Source: an uncultured Chitinophagaceae bacterium
Lineage (GTDB): Bacteria; Bacteroidota; Bacteroidia; Chitinophagales; CAIOSU01
DNA: 64,000 bases
Assembly (NCBI GenBank): GCA_964518215.1
Contig: CAZFFP010000005.1
Span: 15,502 to 79,501 of the forward strand
Reading direction: 5' to 3'
Made by a program: the position numbers and the translations under genes. This document shows, in pieces, positions 25,792 through 35,166 of this stretch. A model generated the notes under the pieces. The model did not search any database and was not told the DNA's origin. It saw only the letters and a program-made list of their open reading frames with translations. Position 1 is the first letter of the stretch, and every line of letters starts with the position of its first letter.

Positions 25792-27372
25792 CTATTGCGG
25801 CTCCCTCTTAACCTTTTCGTAACGGTATTGCTCCAGTTCGTATTCGAGCGCTTCATAAAAAAGCTCCGCCATGATACGCGCACCTTTGGGAGTAAAATGC
25901 ACATAATCGGCACCCGCCAATGGAGGGTTGGCAGACACCCACGCAGGCATGGAATTTTTTCCGCCCATGGCTTCATACATGTCCCAAAAGCCTGCCCCCG
26001 ATTTGAACGCGGCATCTTTTAACGCATCGCGCACATCTTCCAAATGAGGAATGGTAACAAAATATTCTCCCTGCTTGATAGACATATCGGCAGGACCGAT
26101 AACGATAATCGCGGCATCGGGCACGGCATTTTTCAAAGTTTTTAATTGAGTATAAAACCAGTTGCCATAATCTTTACACTGCTTTTCGTCTTTGATGTAG
26201 GGCAACACATTTCCACCAAACTGCATAATGATTAATCCGGTGTTGAAGTCGCGCAGCATTGCCGTCAGTAGGCTTTGGTCCATTTTATTAAATATGGTGC
26301 CCGAACCACCTCGCATGGCAATATTATCTACACAAACGCCATAAGGCATGTCGAGCGAAATGCCATATATATCTGGGCTTTCAATACCTTCAAAAATCAA
26401 TTCTACATTGTCGGAAGGCGCGTTGAGCGAAATGGTTTTGATGTTCAGAGGAATGTTGTTTTGTAAGGTGTCCGAGTGAATTTCTTCATTGTTTAAAACA
26501 GTTTTCAATACAAACGGATACTGATGATTGCCGTAGTAAATTTTTATACGCGAAAAAGTTTTTGTCGAAGGATAAATACCTTTAGATGTATTGAATGTTG
26601 CGGCTGAAGTATAAATTTTTGCATTCAGCGTGTCTGAAATTTTTGCCTCTGCGGGTGAGAATCTCGAAAAAGCACACAAAGCTCCGTAGCTTTTATGATT
26701 CACGTTTTTATCTGTCTTGCCGAAAATGGTGTAACGATACCAATCGCCTGAATTGTTGTGCAACACCGAAGCCTGATTGTAAATTTTCATAGCCGGAACC
26801 AAGCCAGGTCCTCCCCCATCGAACCGGCTTTGCAAGCGCTCACGAATAAAGCCGCTGATGCGGTCGCCTTCAATCTGCGAATCGCCATAATGCACAATGC
26901 GCACACATTCATCGGCATATTTGGAATCTTGAAGTTTTTTGAAAAAAACATGTAATGCCGAAGCATCATTTTTTGCAAATTGTATGCGTGGCGAATTGAT
27001 TTCTTTGGGCTTGGCAAGAGGCGGTTCTACTTTATCGCTCTTGCGCGGCTCGGTTTCTTCCGTTAAAGAATCTGTTTCGGCAACCGCAGTCGCTTCCATT
27101 TTCTCAGGTTGCTTTTTCTTTTCGTCCAACATTTTCTGAGAAGCAATATCGGCTTCCAAAGCAGATTTGGGTATCTCTTTGTATTCGGGCTTATCGGGAT
27201 ACACCACACTTCTCCAATTCGGAAAACGAATGGTAAATTTCCGGCTCACCTGAATGCCTTCGGCAGGAAACACTACAGAAATCAACGCAAATATTGCAGC
27301 TACAGCAAGCACAAACAAAAGTGTGCGATAAGGCGTGATAAAATTTCCGGAAGAATTTTCGTTCGGCTGCAA
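25792..27372 (-). CDS. Membrane-anchored SGNH/GDSL-family hydrolase
   Basis: 526 aa. N-terminal TM YRTLLFVLAVAAIFALISVVF. Block I IVHYGDSQIEGDRISG. A second SGNH-like half follows (IIMQFGGN.., ..GADYVHFTPKG). Confidence 0.75.
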   Translation of the reverse strand: MQPNENSSGNFITPYRTLLFVLAVAAIFALISVVFPAEGIQVSRKFTIRFPNWRSVVYPDKPEYKEIPKSALEADIASQKMLDEKKKQPEKMEATAVAETDSLTEETEPRKSDKVEPPLAKPKEINSPRIQFAKNDASALHVFFKKLQDSKYADECVRIVHYGDSQIEGDRISGFIRERLQSRFDGGGPGLVPAMKIYNQASVLHNNSGDWYRYTIFGKTDKNVNHKSYGALCAFSRFSPAEAKISDTLNAKIYTSAATFNTSKGIYPSTKTFSRIKIYYGNHQYPFVLKTVLNNEEIHSDTLQNNIPLNIKTISLNAPSDNVELIFEGIESPDIYGISLDMPYGVCVDNIAMRGGSGTIFNKMDQSLLTAMLRDFNTGLIIMQFGGNVLPYIKDEKQCKDYGNWFYTQLKTLKNAVPDAAIIVIGPADMSIKQGEYFVTIPHLEDVRDALKDAAFKSGAGFWDMYEAMGGKNSMPAWVSANPPLAGADYVHFTPKGARIMAELFYEALEYELEQYRYEKVKREPQ

Positions 27373-27527
27373 TGTTGATGATTGAATGCGATTTCAAAAA
27401 TAAATGTTCTTGAAGATTAAATTTCATAAAAACCATTTTGATATTTATTGAAGCAAAAATTTTGATTATTGATTTCCAAATCGAAGAGGAAAAATCTTCA
27501 ATCTTTTTTTGTGTGTAATTTTACCGT

Positions 27528-29105
27528 ATGAAAAAAATATTCTTACTACTGTTTTTCCCATTAGGATTAATGGCGCAAAACGAAGTGTTGTTTTCGCTCA
27601 CAGGCGCATTACAACCCACCGGTGTTAATATCAGAGCAAAACTTACCGACACCACAAGTAATGTCAGAGCGGCTGTTTCTTTGTCGAACCCGCCCTCGGC
27701 ACCTTTTATTTACAGCAATATGTCAACGGCATTAGAAAACACCAATAATATTGCCGCACTGCACGTAACCGGATTGCAGCCCAACACTACTTATTACTAT
27801 CACATAGAAGCTGACGGAATAGCCGATGCAAGACCGGAAGCCATCGCTACATTTAAAACTCCCGAAGCAGGTCCTTTCAGTTACACGTTCATGGCGGCAA
27901 GTTGTAATCGAGAACCTAACACCAATACTTACGATGATTTTTTAGGTTATAACCCTTTGTTCTATCTGAACACCGGAGATTTGCATTATGCCGACCCTAA
28001 TTCACCGGATGTAAATGTGCATCGAGATGCCTATGAAAACAGGGTTTTTTCAAGACCTAAGCAGGTTGAATTATTCAGAAATTTACCTTTTGCCTATGTT
28101 TGGGACGACCATGATTACTGCGGCAACGATTTTGACGGACCGAATGCCGCGGGTGCAGCAAGCGCCCCACAGGCATATAGAGAATATATTCCTCATTATG
28201 AATTTCCGCAGCGTACCGGAAACGATACGGCTGCTATTTATCAGGCTTTTACAATAGGCAGAGTAAGATTTATTCTGAGCGACTTGAGAAGTCAGCGTGT
28301 GAGAACAGGCCTGAATCCATCTGCTATGGGCACAGTTCAAAAACAATGGTTTAAAGATGAATTAGTGGCGGCAAAAAACAATAATCAACTCATTTGCTGG
28401 GTTAGCTCTTACTCCTGGTATGGCACGTTGGATGATAACTGGCGCTTGCATCCCGCAGAGCGCAAAGAGTTGAGCGAATTTATGCGCGATAATGCCATTG
28501 AAAACATGTTTATTATTAATGGCGATGCGCACATGTTTGCCATTGACAATGGCACCAATGGAGATTTTACCGATGCTCAAAATTTACCCTATCTATATCC
28601 CGTAATGCAAGCCGCTCCCATAGAAAACAATGGTTCATACAAAGGTGGCACTTATAGCGAAGGCACTTTCTATCAGTTCTTTATAAAAGCTGCTCAATAT
28701 GGCGTGGTAGATATTGAGGACAATGGTTCAGATAGCATCTGTGTTACTTTGAAAGGCTATAAAAAAGATTTGAACGATGGCACTACTTCATCTTTGGCTA
28801 CTTATAATTTTTGCAGAAAAATCGGACTTCCTTTAAACAGTCCGTCTTTGAAGCACAGCAATGTTCCTTTGGTTCAAATACAACCCAATCCGAGCAAGGG
28901 TATATTTACTATTCAGCCAAAAAACAACAACGAAACCATCAACATTCAAGTGTGGTCTGCTGAAGGAAAATTAGTTGCCCAATCACGCATTGCCGGAAAC
29001 AGCTCAAAGCAACTTGATTTGTCGCATCTGGCAAATGGTGTTTACACGCTGAATGCCGAAACCGGAAAAGCAAAAAGCCAAAGTAAGCTGGTGATTCAGA
29101 AGTAG
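27528..29105 (+). CDS. PhoD-like phosphatase (metallophosphatase) with T9SS C-terminal domain
   Basis: 525 aa with a signal peptide. FMAASCN..NTGDLHYAD..YVWDDHDYCGND..INGDAHMFAIDNG. C-terminus IQPNPSKGIFTIQP..GVYTLNAETGK..KLVIQK. Confidence 0.8.
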   Translation: MKKIFLLLFFPLGLMAQNEVLFSLTGALQPTGVNIRAKLTDTTSNVRAAVSLSNPPSAPFIYSNMSTALENTNNIAALHVTGLQPNTTYYYHIEADGIADARPEAIATFKTPEAGPFSYTFMAASCNREPNTNTYDDFLGYNPLFYLNTGDLHYADPNSPDVNVHRDAYENRVFSRPKQVELFRNLPFAYVWDDHDYCGNDFDGPNAAGAASAPQAYREYIPHYEFPQRTGNDTAAIYQAFTIGRVRFILSDLRSQRVRTGLNPSAMGTVQKQWFKDELVAAKNNNQLICWVSSYSWYGTLDDNWRLHPAERKELSEFMRDNAIENMFIINGDAHMFAIDNGTNGDFTDAQNLPYLYPVMQAAPIENNGSYKGGTYSEGTFYQFFIKAAQYGVVDIEDNGSDSICVTLKGYKKDLNDGTTSSLATYNFCRKIGLPLNSPSLKHSNVPLVQIQPNPSKGIFTIQPKNNNETINIQVWSAEGKLVAQSRIAGNSSKQLDLSHLANGVYTLNAETGKAKSQSKLVIQK

Positions 29106-29164
29106 AAAACCTTTTTTATTATTGGAAGCGCAGAAAAAGCATCTGATAGTTATAATTTTGTCGG

Positions 29165-29929
29165 GTGCAAAAACAAACTTCAGGCATTCAACTCAACAAG
29201 TATATCAGTTCATCGGGATTTTGTTCTCGCAGAGAAGCCGACCGCTATATACAGGAAGCACGGGTTACAATCAACAATGAAGTGGCTTTGCCTGCTTCGC
29301 GAGTTGCGGCAGGCGATGTGGTGGCTATTGACGGAGAAAAAATTAAAGTCAACCGAAAGCAAAGTTTGTATCTGGTATTTAATAAGCCTAAAGGCATTAC
29401 CTCAACTACCGACCCTACAGACAGAAGCAATATTATTTATTTCATCAATCACCCTAAACGTATTTTCCCGATTGGAAGGTTAGATAAAGATTCGGAAGGA
29501 TTGATAATGCTTACCAATGACGGGGATATTGTGAATAAAATTTTGCGTGCGGGTAACGAGCACGAAAAAGAATATCTGGTTTCGGTGGATAAAGCTATTA
29601 CACCCGATTTTTTAAAACGCATGGCAGGTGGCGTGCCTGTTTTGGGAACTAAAACAAAACCTTGCGTTGTGAAACAAACCGGCAGCCGAACTTTCAAAAT
29701 TATTCTTACACAAGGATTAAACAGACAAATCAGAAGAATGTGCGAATTTTTAGGCTATGAGGTTATTAGCCTGAAGCGCTTGCGCATTATGAATATCAGC
29801 TTAGGTAATTTGCCGCTTGGAAAGTGGCGCTATCTTTCTCCTGCCGAAACAGATGCCATGAACCAACTGCTTGTACAATCTGTCAAAACGGAAGAGGCAT
29901 CATTGAAAAGTAAAAGGAAGCGGAGGTAG
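29165..29929 (+). CDS. rluF: 23S rRNA pseudouridine(2604) synthase
   Basis: 254 aa with a GTG start. Near-colinear with E. coli RluF as I recall it: IQLNKYISSSGFCSRREADRYI (S4 domain), FPIGRLDKDSEGLIMLTNDGDIVNKILRAGNEHEKEYLV, GLNRQIRRMCEFLGYEV. Confidence 0.9.
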   Translation: MQKQTSGIQLNKYISSSGFCSRREADRYIQEARVTINNEVALPASRVAAGDVVAIDGEKIKVNRKQSLYLVFNKPKGITSTTDPTDRSNIIYFINHPKRIFPIGRLDKDSEGLIMLTNDGDIVNKILRAGNEHEKEYLVSVDKAITPDFLKRMAGGVPVLGTKTKPCVVKQTGSRTFKIILTQGLNRQIRRMCEFLGYEVISLKRLRIMNISLGNLPLGKWRYLSPAETDAMNQLLVQSVKTEEASLKSKRKRR

Positions 29930-30004
29930 TTTTTTCTAAACCAGAAAAACTCACGCCCTTTGCGTCCTGCGAGTAAGATTTTATTCCGCGTCCCGCGTTT
30001 AAAA

Positions 30005-30046
30005 CAGCCGGAGGCTGACACAAATACCACTCGCCAAAGGCGAGCG
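30005..30046. repeat. GC-rich hairpin pair related to the 2990-3064 repeats
   Basis: CAGCC-GGA-GGCTG (30005-30017) and ACTCGCC-AAA-GGCGAGCG (30029-30046). The second differs from 3047-3064 only at the two positions that pair with each other. It lies between convergent gene ends. Confidence 0.5.
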
Positions 30047-30057
30047 GTGGCGGAAAA

Positions 30058-31362
30058 TTATTCCACAGAACATTTAAAAACCTCACAAACCAATTTGCCT
30101 ACGCTACTGCCTTGCTTCATGCCGGCATCAACTGCGGGTCTGAAATGAATGCCTCCCAAAATTCTGCTTTCAGAAACTTCCAAAGCTGCCTGCCTGAATG
30201 AAGTGAAACTTCGCGGAGCCAAACCCAAATAAGACAATTGTGTGGAATCGGTAAACGCGAAATTTTCGCCCAACAAAGCTTCTAACACTTCGGCACAAGC
30301 CATAGAACAGGCGCTGTGTCCGCTGGTGTGTTCGGGAAATGGCGGTGTAACCAAATGCGGAGTCCATTTGTCGTCAATGTATCTGCGTATGTATGTTACT
30401 GGGCGAATCAGATTCAGCGTGTATTTGTCGTACCACGAAACAATTTTAGCATCATACTCGGCAATTGAAAGCAAGGTGTAAATGCGCACACTTTTGCTCA
30501 GTGAAAACCGGTACTTTTCGCATACTTGCCGCACAATATTTATCCAGTGCGAAGCCGGACTGATATGTCTGCGCGGAATACCCACATGCCCTTTGTATTG
30601 GTCGTTCAAATCGGGGTTGTCATCCCAAAATTCAGCGATGATTTTTTGTTCAGAATTTATGGCATTTGAAAGATGATACACTTCCATCGCCAATTGATAG
30701 AAAGCCGATTCTTTCGAAGAATCAGGCTCAGTATTCAACGGCACGCTATAAGATGCCGCATCTTTAATCACCATCGTTCGCAGGCTTTTCCAATGCGGCT
30801 CCAAAGCGTTGCGATATTCAGGTGGCGTGGGCTGCCAGTTGAAAGCGCCCTTTTCAAAAATATAATACGGCTTGGCTTTGGTTTCGTTGTAGCCATCATA
30901 AGCCATCCACGATATTACATGATTGGCTACAATGGTTCCTAACATCCGCGAATTTTGCATACGAAAAGGGCTGTACTGTTGCGACAATATTTCGATATGC
31001 TTTTTATACAACGCATCGCAATCTTTTTCTCGATACATCACTTCTTTAGAAACCAAATAAATGGCTTCGAGCATCACCGCTTCGGCAATCATTTCATTCT
31101 TGTCGGTTTCAAAACGATAAGGCGGATAGCCGTTTAATTTTCCGTGTAATGAAACCAGGCTGTTGTCAAAATGCGATAAGGCTTCATAAGCGGCAATGTT
31201 CGGATACACAAACCCCCGCGTAGCAAGCACGGGGCTGAAGCCGTCTTTTACCATCAATTCCGTCAGTAAACGGTTCCAGTCGTGGAGGAGCCATGCACTG
31301 CTTGAAAATACATTCAGATAAAAAATCAAAAAGACTAAAAGTGTAGTGGTAGTTTTTTTCAT
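30058..31362 (-). CDS. PAP2-superfamily / vanadium-dependent haloperoxidase-like protein
   Basis: 434 aa with a signal peptide. C-terminal acid-phosphatase/haloperoxidase motifs PFPEHTSGHSACS and SRILGGIHFRPAVDAG. Confidence 0.75.
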   Translation of the reverse strand: MKKTTTTLLVFLIFYLNVFSSSAWLLHDWNRLLTELMVKDGFSPVLATRGFVYPNIAAYEALSHFDNSLVSLHGKLNGYPPYRFETDKNEMIAEAVMLEAIYLVSKEVMYREKDCDALYKKHIEILSQQYSPFRMQNSRMLGTIVANHVISWMAYDGYNETKAKPYYIFEKGAFNWQPTPPEYRNALEPHWKSLRTMVIKDAASYSVPLNTEPDSSKESAFYQLAMEVYHLSNAINSEQKIIAEFWDDNPDLNDQYKGHVGIPRRHISPASHWINIVRQVCEKYRFSLSKSVRIYTLLSIAEYDAKIVSWYDKYTLNLIRPVTYIRRYIDDKWTPHLVTPPFPEHTSGHSACSMACAEVLEALLGENFAFTDSTQLSYLGLAPRSFTSFRQAALEVSESRILGGIHFRPAVDAGMKQGSSVGKLVCEVFKCSVE

Positions 31363-31433
31363 GCAGAGTACTAACGAGAATCTAAATTTTTATTTACCTC
31401 GAATATAGTCATACAAGCGATAAAATATTAAAC

Positions 31434-31480
31434 AAAAAGCCCCTTATTGATTTTCAGAGGGGTTTTATATTTCGAATATC
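31434..31480 (-). terminator. Intrinsic terminator module downstream of the vWA gene, homologous to the module at 33208-33257
   Basis: The minus strand reads GATATTCGAAATATAAAACCCCT-loop-AGGGGCTTTTTGTT. This is a stem CCCCT/AGGGG extended by A:T and G:T pairs, followed by a T-run. Confidence 0.55.
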
Positions 31481-31575
31481 TAAAATCATATAATGAAGCT
31501 GTTCCTGTTCAAACAGAATGTTAAAACAAATCAAACCACAATTATTTTTCAGACCGAGAAAATTGCACACAATAT

Positions 31576-33129
31576 TCAATCAAATTGAAAATTCAGTATC
31601 TCCATAATTGCTTTTCTTAACTCAACTTCGCTTCTTGCTCTGAAGTATTTGCCACCGGTTTTTTCGGCTATGCTTTTGAGCATTGGCTCATTCAGCTTAA
31701 TAGAATCTATTTGAAATATTATTTCATCATCCGGTGCTCTGTATGGATGAGGGGCATCACCATCTGCACCTATTCCAATCACATCTATTGTTATGCCGTT
31801 CTTAATAGCAATATCACAAGCTAAATATGGATGAATCTTGTCAGAAATGATATAAGCATCTGTTATCAGTATTATAGATTTTTGCCCTACAGATTTCTTA
31901 AGCTGTTCTACTGTTTGATAAATGGGCATTCCTAAGCCGCCACCGGATTTTGTAATGTATGTAGGAAGATTCCGCAGATGCACTATAGCATCATCATGTC
32001 TAAGTTCTACTGATGCCTTGTGATTAAAAGTGTCTGAAAAAATTCCCAAACCAATAAAACTCTCGCTGAGTTGTTCCATTCTTTCCGTAAAAATTTTACT
32101 GATAGACTCTAATCTGCCATTCTCAAAATCTTTAATCATCATACTTGCCGACACATCAATCAGAAAATAGATGGAATTAACGTTCGAATCAGATTCAAAT
32201 TTCACCATATTATTGGTCGAATTGAGATTGCTAATGATGCTGTAACGCGGGTCGGAATTTTTTAAATTTTTACCGGAAGGTTTTGCAGTTATTGTAAGTT
32301 CATTGGAACGAAAAATAATTGTGGTATCCTTATACGTGTTGTTACTAAAAAAATCAAAGACTGAAGGTTTTCTCTTATTAGTGCTTAGGCGGACATCTAT
32401 ACTGTATTCAATAGGTTCAACCAAATGTTCACCAGGCACCAAGGGTAACACTTGTATTTTTTGAAGTTCATAAATCGTATGTTTTTTATCGTCATAAATG
32501 GATGTGTCTCCCAATGATTTTACATCTTCAGAAAACACTTGGTGATGCCAGCAATATTCCGGCTGATTGAAATACTTAATCGCTATGTTTGAAATCATGT
32601 TATTTGCAGTATATAACTTAAGTATCAGATTAACCGGTTCGTTTACCGAAACTTCCTTTTTGTCTGCCTCTAACTTTAGAAAAATATCTTGTTCAGAAAA
32701 GTTAGCAGAAGAGATTAATTCCTGTTTGGACTTATGAGATTCAGATACTGCCATGTAGTTTTCAACTTCTATTGTGAGGGCATTAAATTTGAATGTATCT
32801 CTTTCATGAACAGCAAAAGCATTCTTAACTGTGTAAACACCGGATTTTTGCGGTAAAACTGTGTATGAAATAATTGTTTTGCTTGTAGTTACTCCTGAAA
32901 TAATATTGATTGTCTTTTGACTTGTTGGTCCTGAAACCAATTTCATTTCACTAAAATCTGGTGGTTCAAAATCTGCCTCATACATATTTTCCATAATAAA
33001 CTCAATGGAAACATTTTGGTAAACACCACAAGTATCGTGAGACGATACAACTTCAACCCTTCTTGTTTGAGAGATACAAGTAAGAGCAACTATTGTAAAA
33101 AAAGAGGTAAGTATTGCCTTAACCTGCAT
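31576..33129 (-). CDS. Secreted BatD-like N-terminal domain fused to a C-terminal von Willebrand factor A domain
   Basis: 517 aa with a signal peptide. The N-terminal half has BatD-style Ig-like segments (VSGPTSQKTINIISGVTTSKTIISYTVLPQKSGVYTV.., EPVNLILKLYT). The C-terminal half has the MIDAS motif IYFLIDVSASM plus ILITDA and VIGIG. The gene is more AT-rich than its neighbours. Confidence 0.7.
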   Translation of the reverse strand: MQVKAILTSFFTIVALTCISQTRRVEVVSSHDTCGVYQNVSIEFIMENMYEADFEPPDFSEMKLVSGPTSQKTINIISGVTTSKTIISYTVLPQKSGVYTVKNAFAVHERDTFKFNALTIEVENYMAVSESHKSKQELISSANFSEQDIFLKLEADKKEVSVNEPVNLILKLYTANNMISNIAIKYFNQPEYCWHHQVFSEDVKSLGDTSIYDDKKHTIYELQKIQVLPLVPGEHLVEPIEYSIDVRLSTNKRKPSVFDFFSNNTYKDTTIIFRSNELTITAKPSGKNLKNSDPRYSIISNLNSTNNMVKFESDSNVNSIYFLIDVSASMMIKDFENGRLESISKIFTERMEQLSESFIGLGIFSDTFNHKASVELRHDDAIVHLRNLPTYITKSGGGLGMPIYQTVEQLKKSVGQKSIILITDAYIISDKIHPYLACDIAIKNGITIDVIGIGADGDAPHPYRAPDDEIIFQIDSIKLNEPMLKSIAEKTGGKYFRARSEVELRKAIMEILNFQFD

Positions 33130-33207
33130 TGCAAATGTTTGATGAATATATTGTCAGAAAATATTGAAATGTCTCAACTTAGAGTTACAAAAATAGATAC
33201 CCAAATT

Positions 33208-33257
33208 AAAAAACCCCTCACTGAAATTTCAATGAGGGGTTTTGTATGTCGAATATC
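33208..33257 (-). terminator. Intrinsic terminator module downstream of aceA, homologous to 31434-31480
   Basis: The minus strand reads GATATTCGACATACAAAACCCCTCATTGAAATTTCAGTGAGGGGTTTTTTAATTT. It shares the leader GATATTCGA.ATA.AAAACCCCT with the other module. Confidence 0.6.
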
Positions 33258-33281
33258 GCCTATCGCAATATCGAATATCAC

Positions 33282-34562
33282 TTAGTGAAACTGCTCCGTC
33301 TCGGTAGAACCAGCCAATGCAGTGGTAGAAGATTGTCCTTGTTGAACAACATTCTGAACCGCATCGAAATAACCTGTTCCAACAAACGACTGGTGCTTGA
33401 TAGCTTTAAAGCCATGTTGCTCTAAACCAAACTCACGTTGTTGCAATTCGCTGAATCCAGCCATGCCTCTTTCAACATACGCTTTAGATAATTCAAACAT
33501 AGAAGTATTCAATGCGTGGAAACCTGCTAGAGTGATGAACTGGAATTTATAACCCATTTCAGCTAATTCTTCACGGAACGTTTCCATTTGTTTCACATCC
33601 ATATACTTAGCCCAGTTGAATGAAGGCGAACAGTTGTAAGCCAACATTTTGCCCGGATATTTAGCATGAATAGCTTGTGCAAATTCACGAGCCAAACCTA
33701 AATCAGGATTACCTGTTTCCATCCAAATCAAATCGGCATAATTAGCATAAGACAAACCACGGTCAATACCTTGCTCTAAACCATTTTTCACATAGTAGTA
33801 GCCTTCAGGAGTTCTTTGTCCGGTAATAAATTTATGGTCGCGCTCATCAATATCAGAAGTAATTAAGTTAGCCGCTTCAGCATCAGTACGGGCAATTACC
33901 AAAGTAGAAGTACCACAAACATCGGCAGCTAAACGTGCAGCAACCAATTTGTTGATAGCCTCTTGTGTAGGTACCAATACTTTACCACCTAAGTGACCAC
34001 ATTTTTTAGCAGAAGCCAACTGGTCTTCCCAATGCACACCGGCAGCACCTGCTTCAATCATGCCTTTCATTAATTCAAAAGCATTTAAGTTGCCACCAAA
34101 ACCAGCTTCAGCATCGGCAACAATAGGCACCAACCAGTCGCGCTGTGGCTCGCCTTCCATATATTCAATTTGGTCTCTGCGCAACAAAGCATTGTTAATT
34201 CTTTTAACTACCGCAGGAACTGAATTAGCAGGATACAACGATTGGTCGGGATACATTTCGCTGCCCAAGTTAGCATCAGCAGCAACCTGCCAGCCAGAAA
34301 GATAAATGGCTTTCATGCCTGCAGTAACTTCTTGCACCGCTTGATTTCCGGTTAAAGCACCTAAACCTGCAACCCAAGCATCGCTTTGCAAACGGTTCCA
34401 TAATTTTTCAGCACCATTTTTTGCTAAGGTGTACTCAATAGGCACCGAACCGGCAATATTGATTACTTCATCTGCTGTGTAAGGGCGAGTAACATTTTTC
34501 CAACGTGGGTTAGTTTCCCATTCTTTTTGCAACGCTAATGCGCGTTCCTTTTTTGTTGCCAT
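33282..34562 (-). CDS. aceA: Isocitrate lyase
   Basis: 426 aa with the catalytic signature KKCGHLGGK. Colinear with bacterial AceA (..[26 protein letters not shown]..). Confidence 0.95.
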   Translation of the reverse strand: MATKKERALALQKEWETNPRWKNVTRPYTADEVINIAGSVPIEYTLAKNGAEKLWNRLQSDAWVAGLGALTGNQAVQEVTAGMKAIYLSGWQVAADANLGSEMYPDQSLYPANSVPAVVKRINNALLRRDQIEYMEGEPQRDWLVPIVADAEAGFGGNLNAFELMKGMIEAGAAGVHWEDQLASAKKCGHLGGKVLVPTQEAINKLVAARLAADVCGTSTLVIARTDAEAANLITSDIDERDHKFITGQRTPEGYYYVKNGLEQGIDRGLSYANYADLIWMETGNPDLGLAREFAQAIHAKYPGKMLAYNCSPSFNWAKYMDVKQMETFREELAEMGYKFQFITLAGFHALNTSMFELSKAYVERGMAGFSELQQREFGLEQHGFKAIKHQSFVGTGYFDAVQNVVQQGQSSTTALAGSTETEQFH

Positions 34563-34598
34563 TTTTTATTAGTGTTTGTGTTTAAAAATATATTCTTA

Positions 34599-34680
34599 AT
34601 AGAACGCTGATTAGTTATGATTTTTTATGGTTTGTTATGATTAATATCAAAAATGACCATAGTCAATCAACGTTCTATTT
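34599..34680. repeat. About 80-nt hairpin element, copy 1, flanking the GxxExxY ORF
   Basis: The arms ATAGAACGCTGATT (34599-34612) and AATCAACGTTCTAT (34665-34678) are complementary at 13 of 14 positions, with an inner ATGGT/ACCAT pairing. The 3' half is shared with copy 2. Confidence 0.55.
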
Positions 34681-35070
34681 TACTTTATACTCATTAGAAA
34701 ATACCTTCTTTTTAAACTGTGGTGTTTTTCCAAAATTCAATAATAATCCTACTTCAATTTCGGTAGCGCGAAGATAATTTACTAATTGTGCTTCATGTTC
34801 TTCACATAGTCCTTCCGCTGTTTTCAATTCAATAATTACTTTTTCTTCCACAACTATATCAGCGAAATAATTTCCTACTTCAAATATTTCATAGAACACT
34901 TTAATTTGTTGCTGACTTTTCGCTTCTAAATCATGTTTCCTCAATTCTATCAGTAACGCATTCTCATAAACTTTCTCTAAAAATCCATAACCAAGTTTGT
35001 TATAAACGTTATAAAACGACTTGATTATTTTGTTGGTTATTTCAGAGTGTTTATAGTTTTCACTAATCAT
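34675..35070 (-). CDS. GxxExxY protein (PD-(D/E)XK-like small protein)
   Basis: 131 aa with the eponymous motif in LGYGFLEKVYENAL. Acidic/Lys core ..ADIVVEEKVIIELKT... Confidence 0.85.
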   Translation of the reverse strand: MISENYKHSEITNKIIKSFYNVYNKLGYGFLEKVYENALLIELRKHDLEAKSQQQIKVFYEIFEVGNYFADIVVEEKVIIELKTAEGLCEEHEAQLVNYLRATEIEVGLLLNFGKTPQFKKKVFSNEYKVK

Positions 35071-35079
35071 AACTTTTTA

Positions 35080-35163
35080 ATGGAACGCTGATATTTTAAG
35101 GCTTTTATTATCTATTAAAATCATAAAATATCATAATGACCATAATCAATCAGCGTTCTATTT
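35080..35163. repeat. About 80-nt hairpin element, copy 2
   Basis: The arms GAACGCTGAT (35083-35092) and ATCAGCGTTC (about 35149-35158) are complementary at 10 of 10 positions. AATGACCATAATCAATCAGCGTTCTATTT matches copy 1 at 27 of 29 positions in the same orientation. Confidence 0.55.
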
Positions 35164-35166
35164 TTC

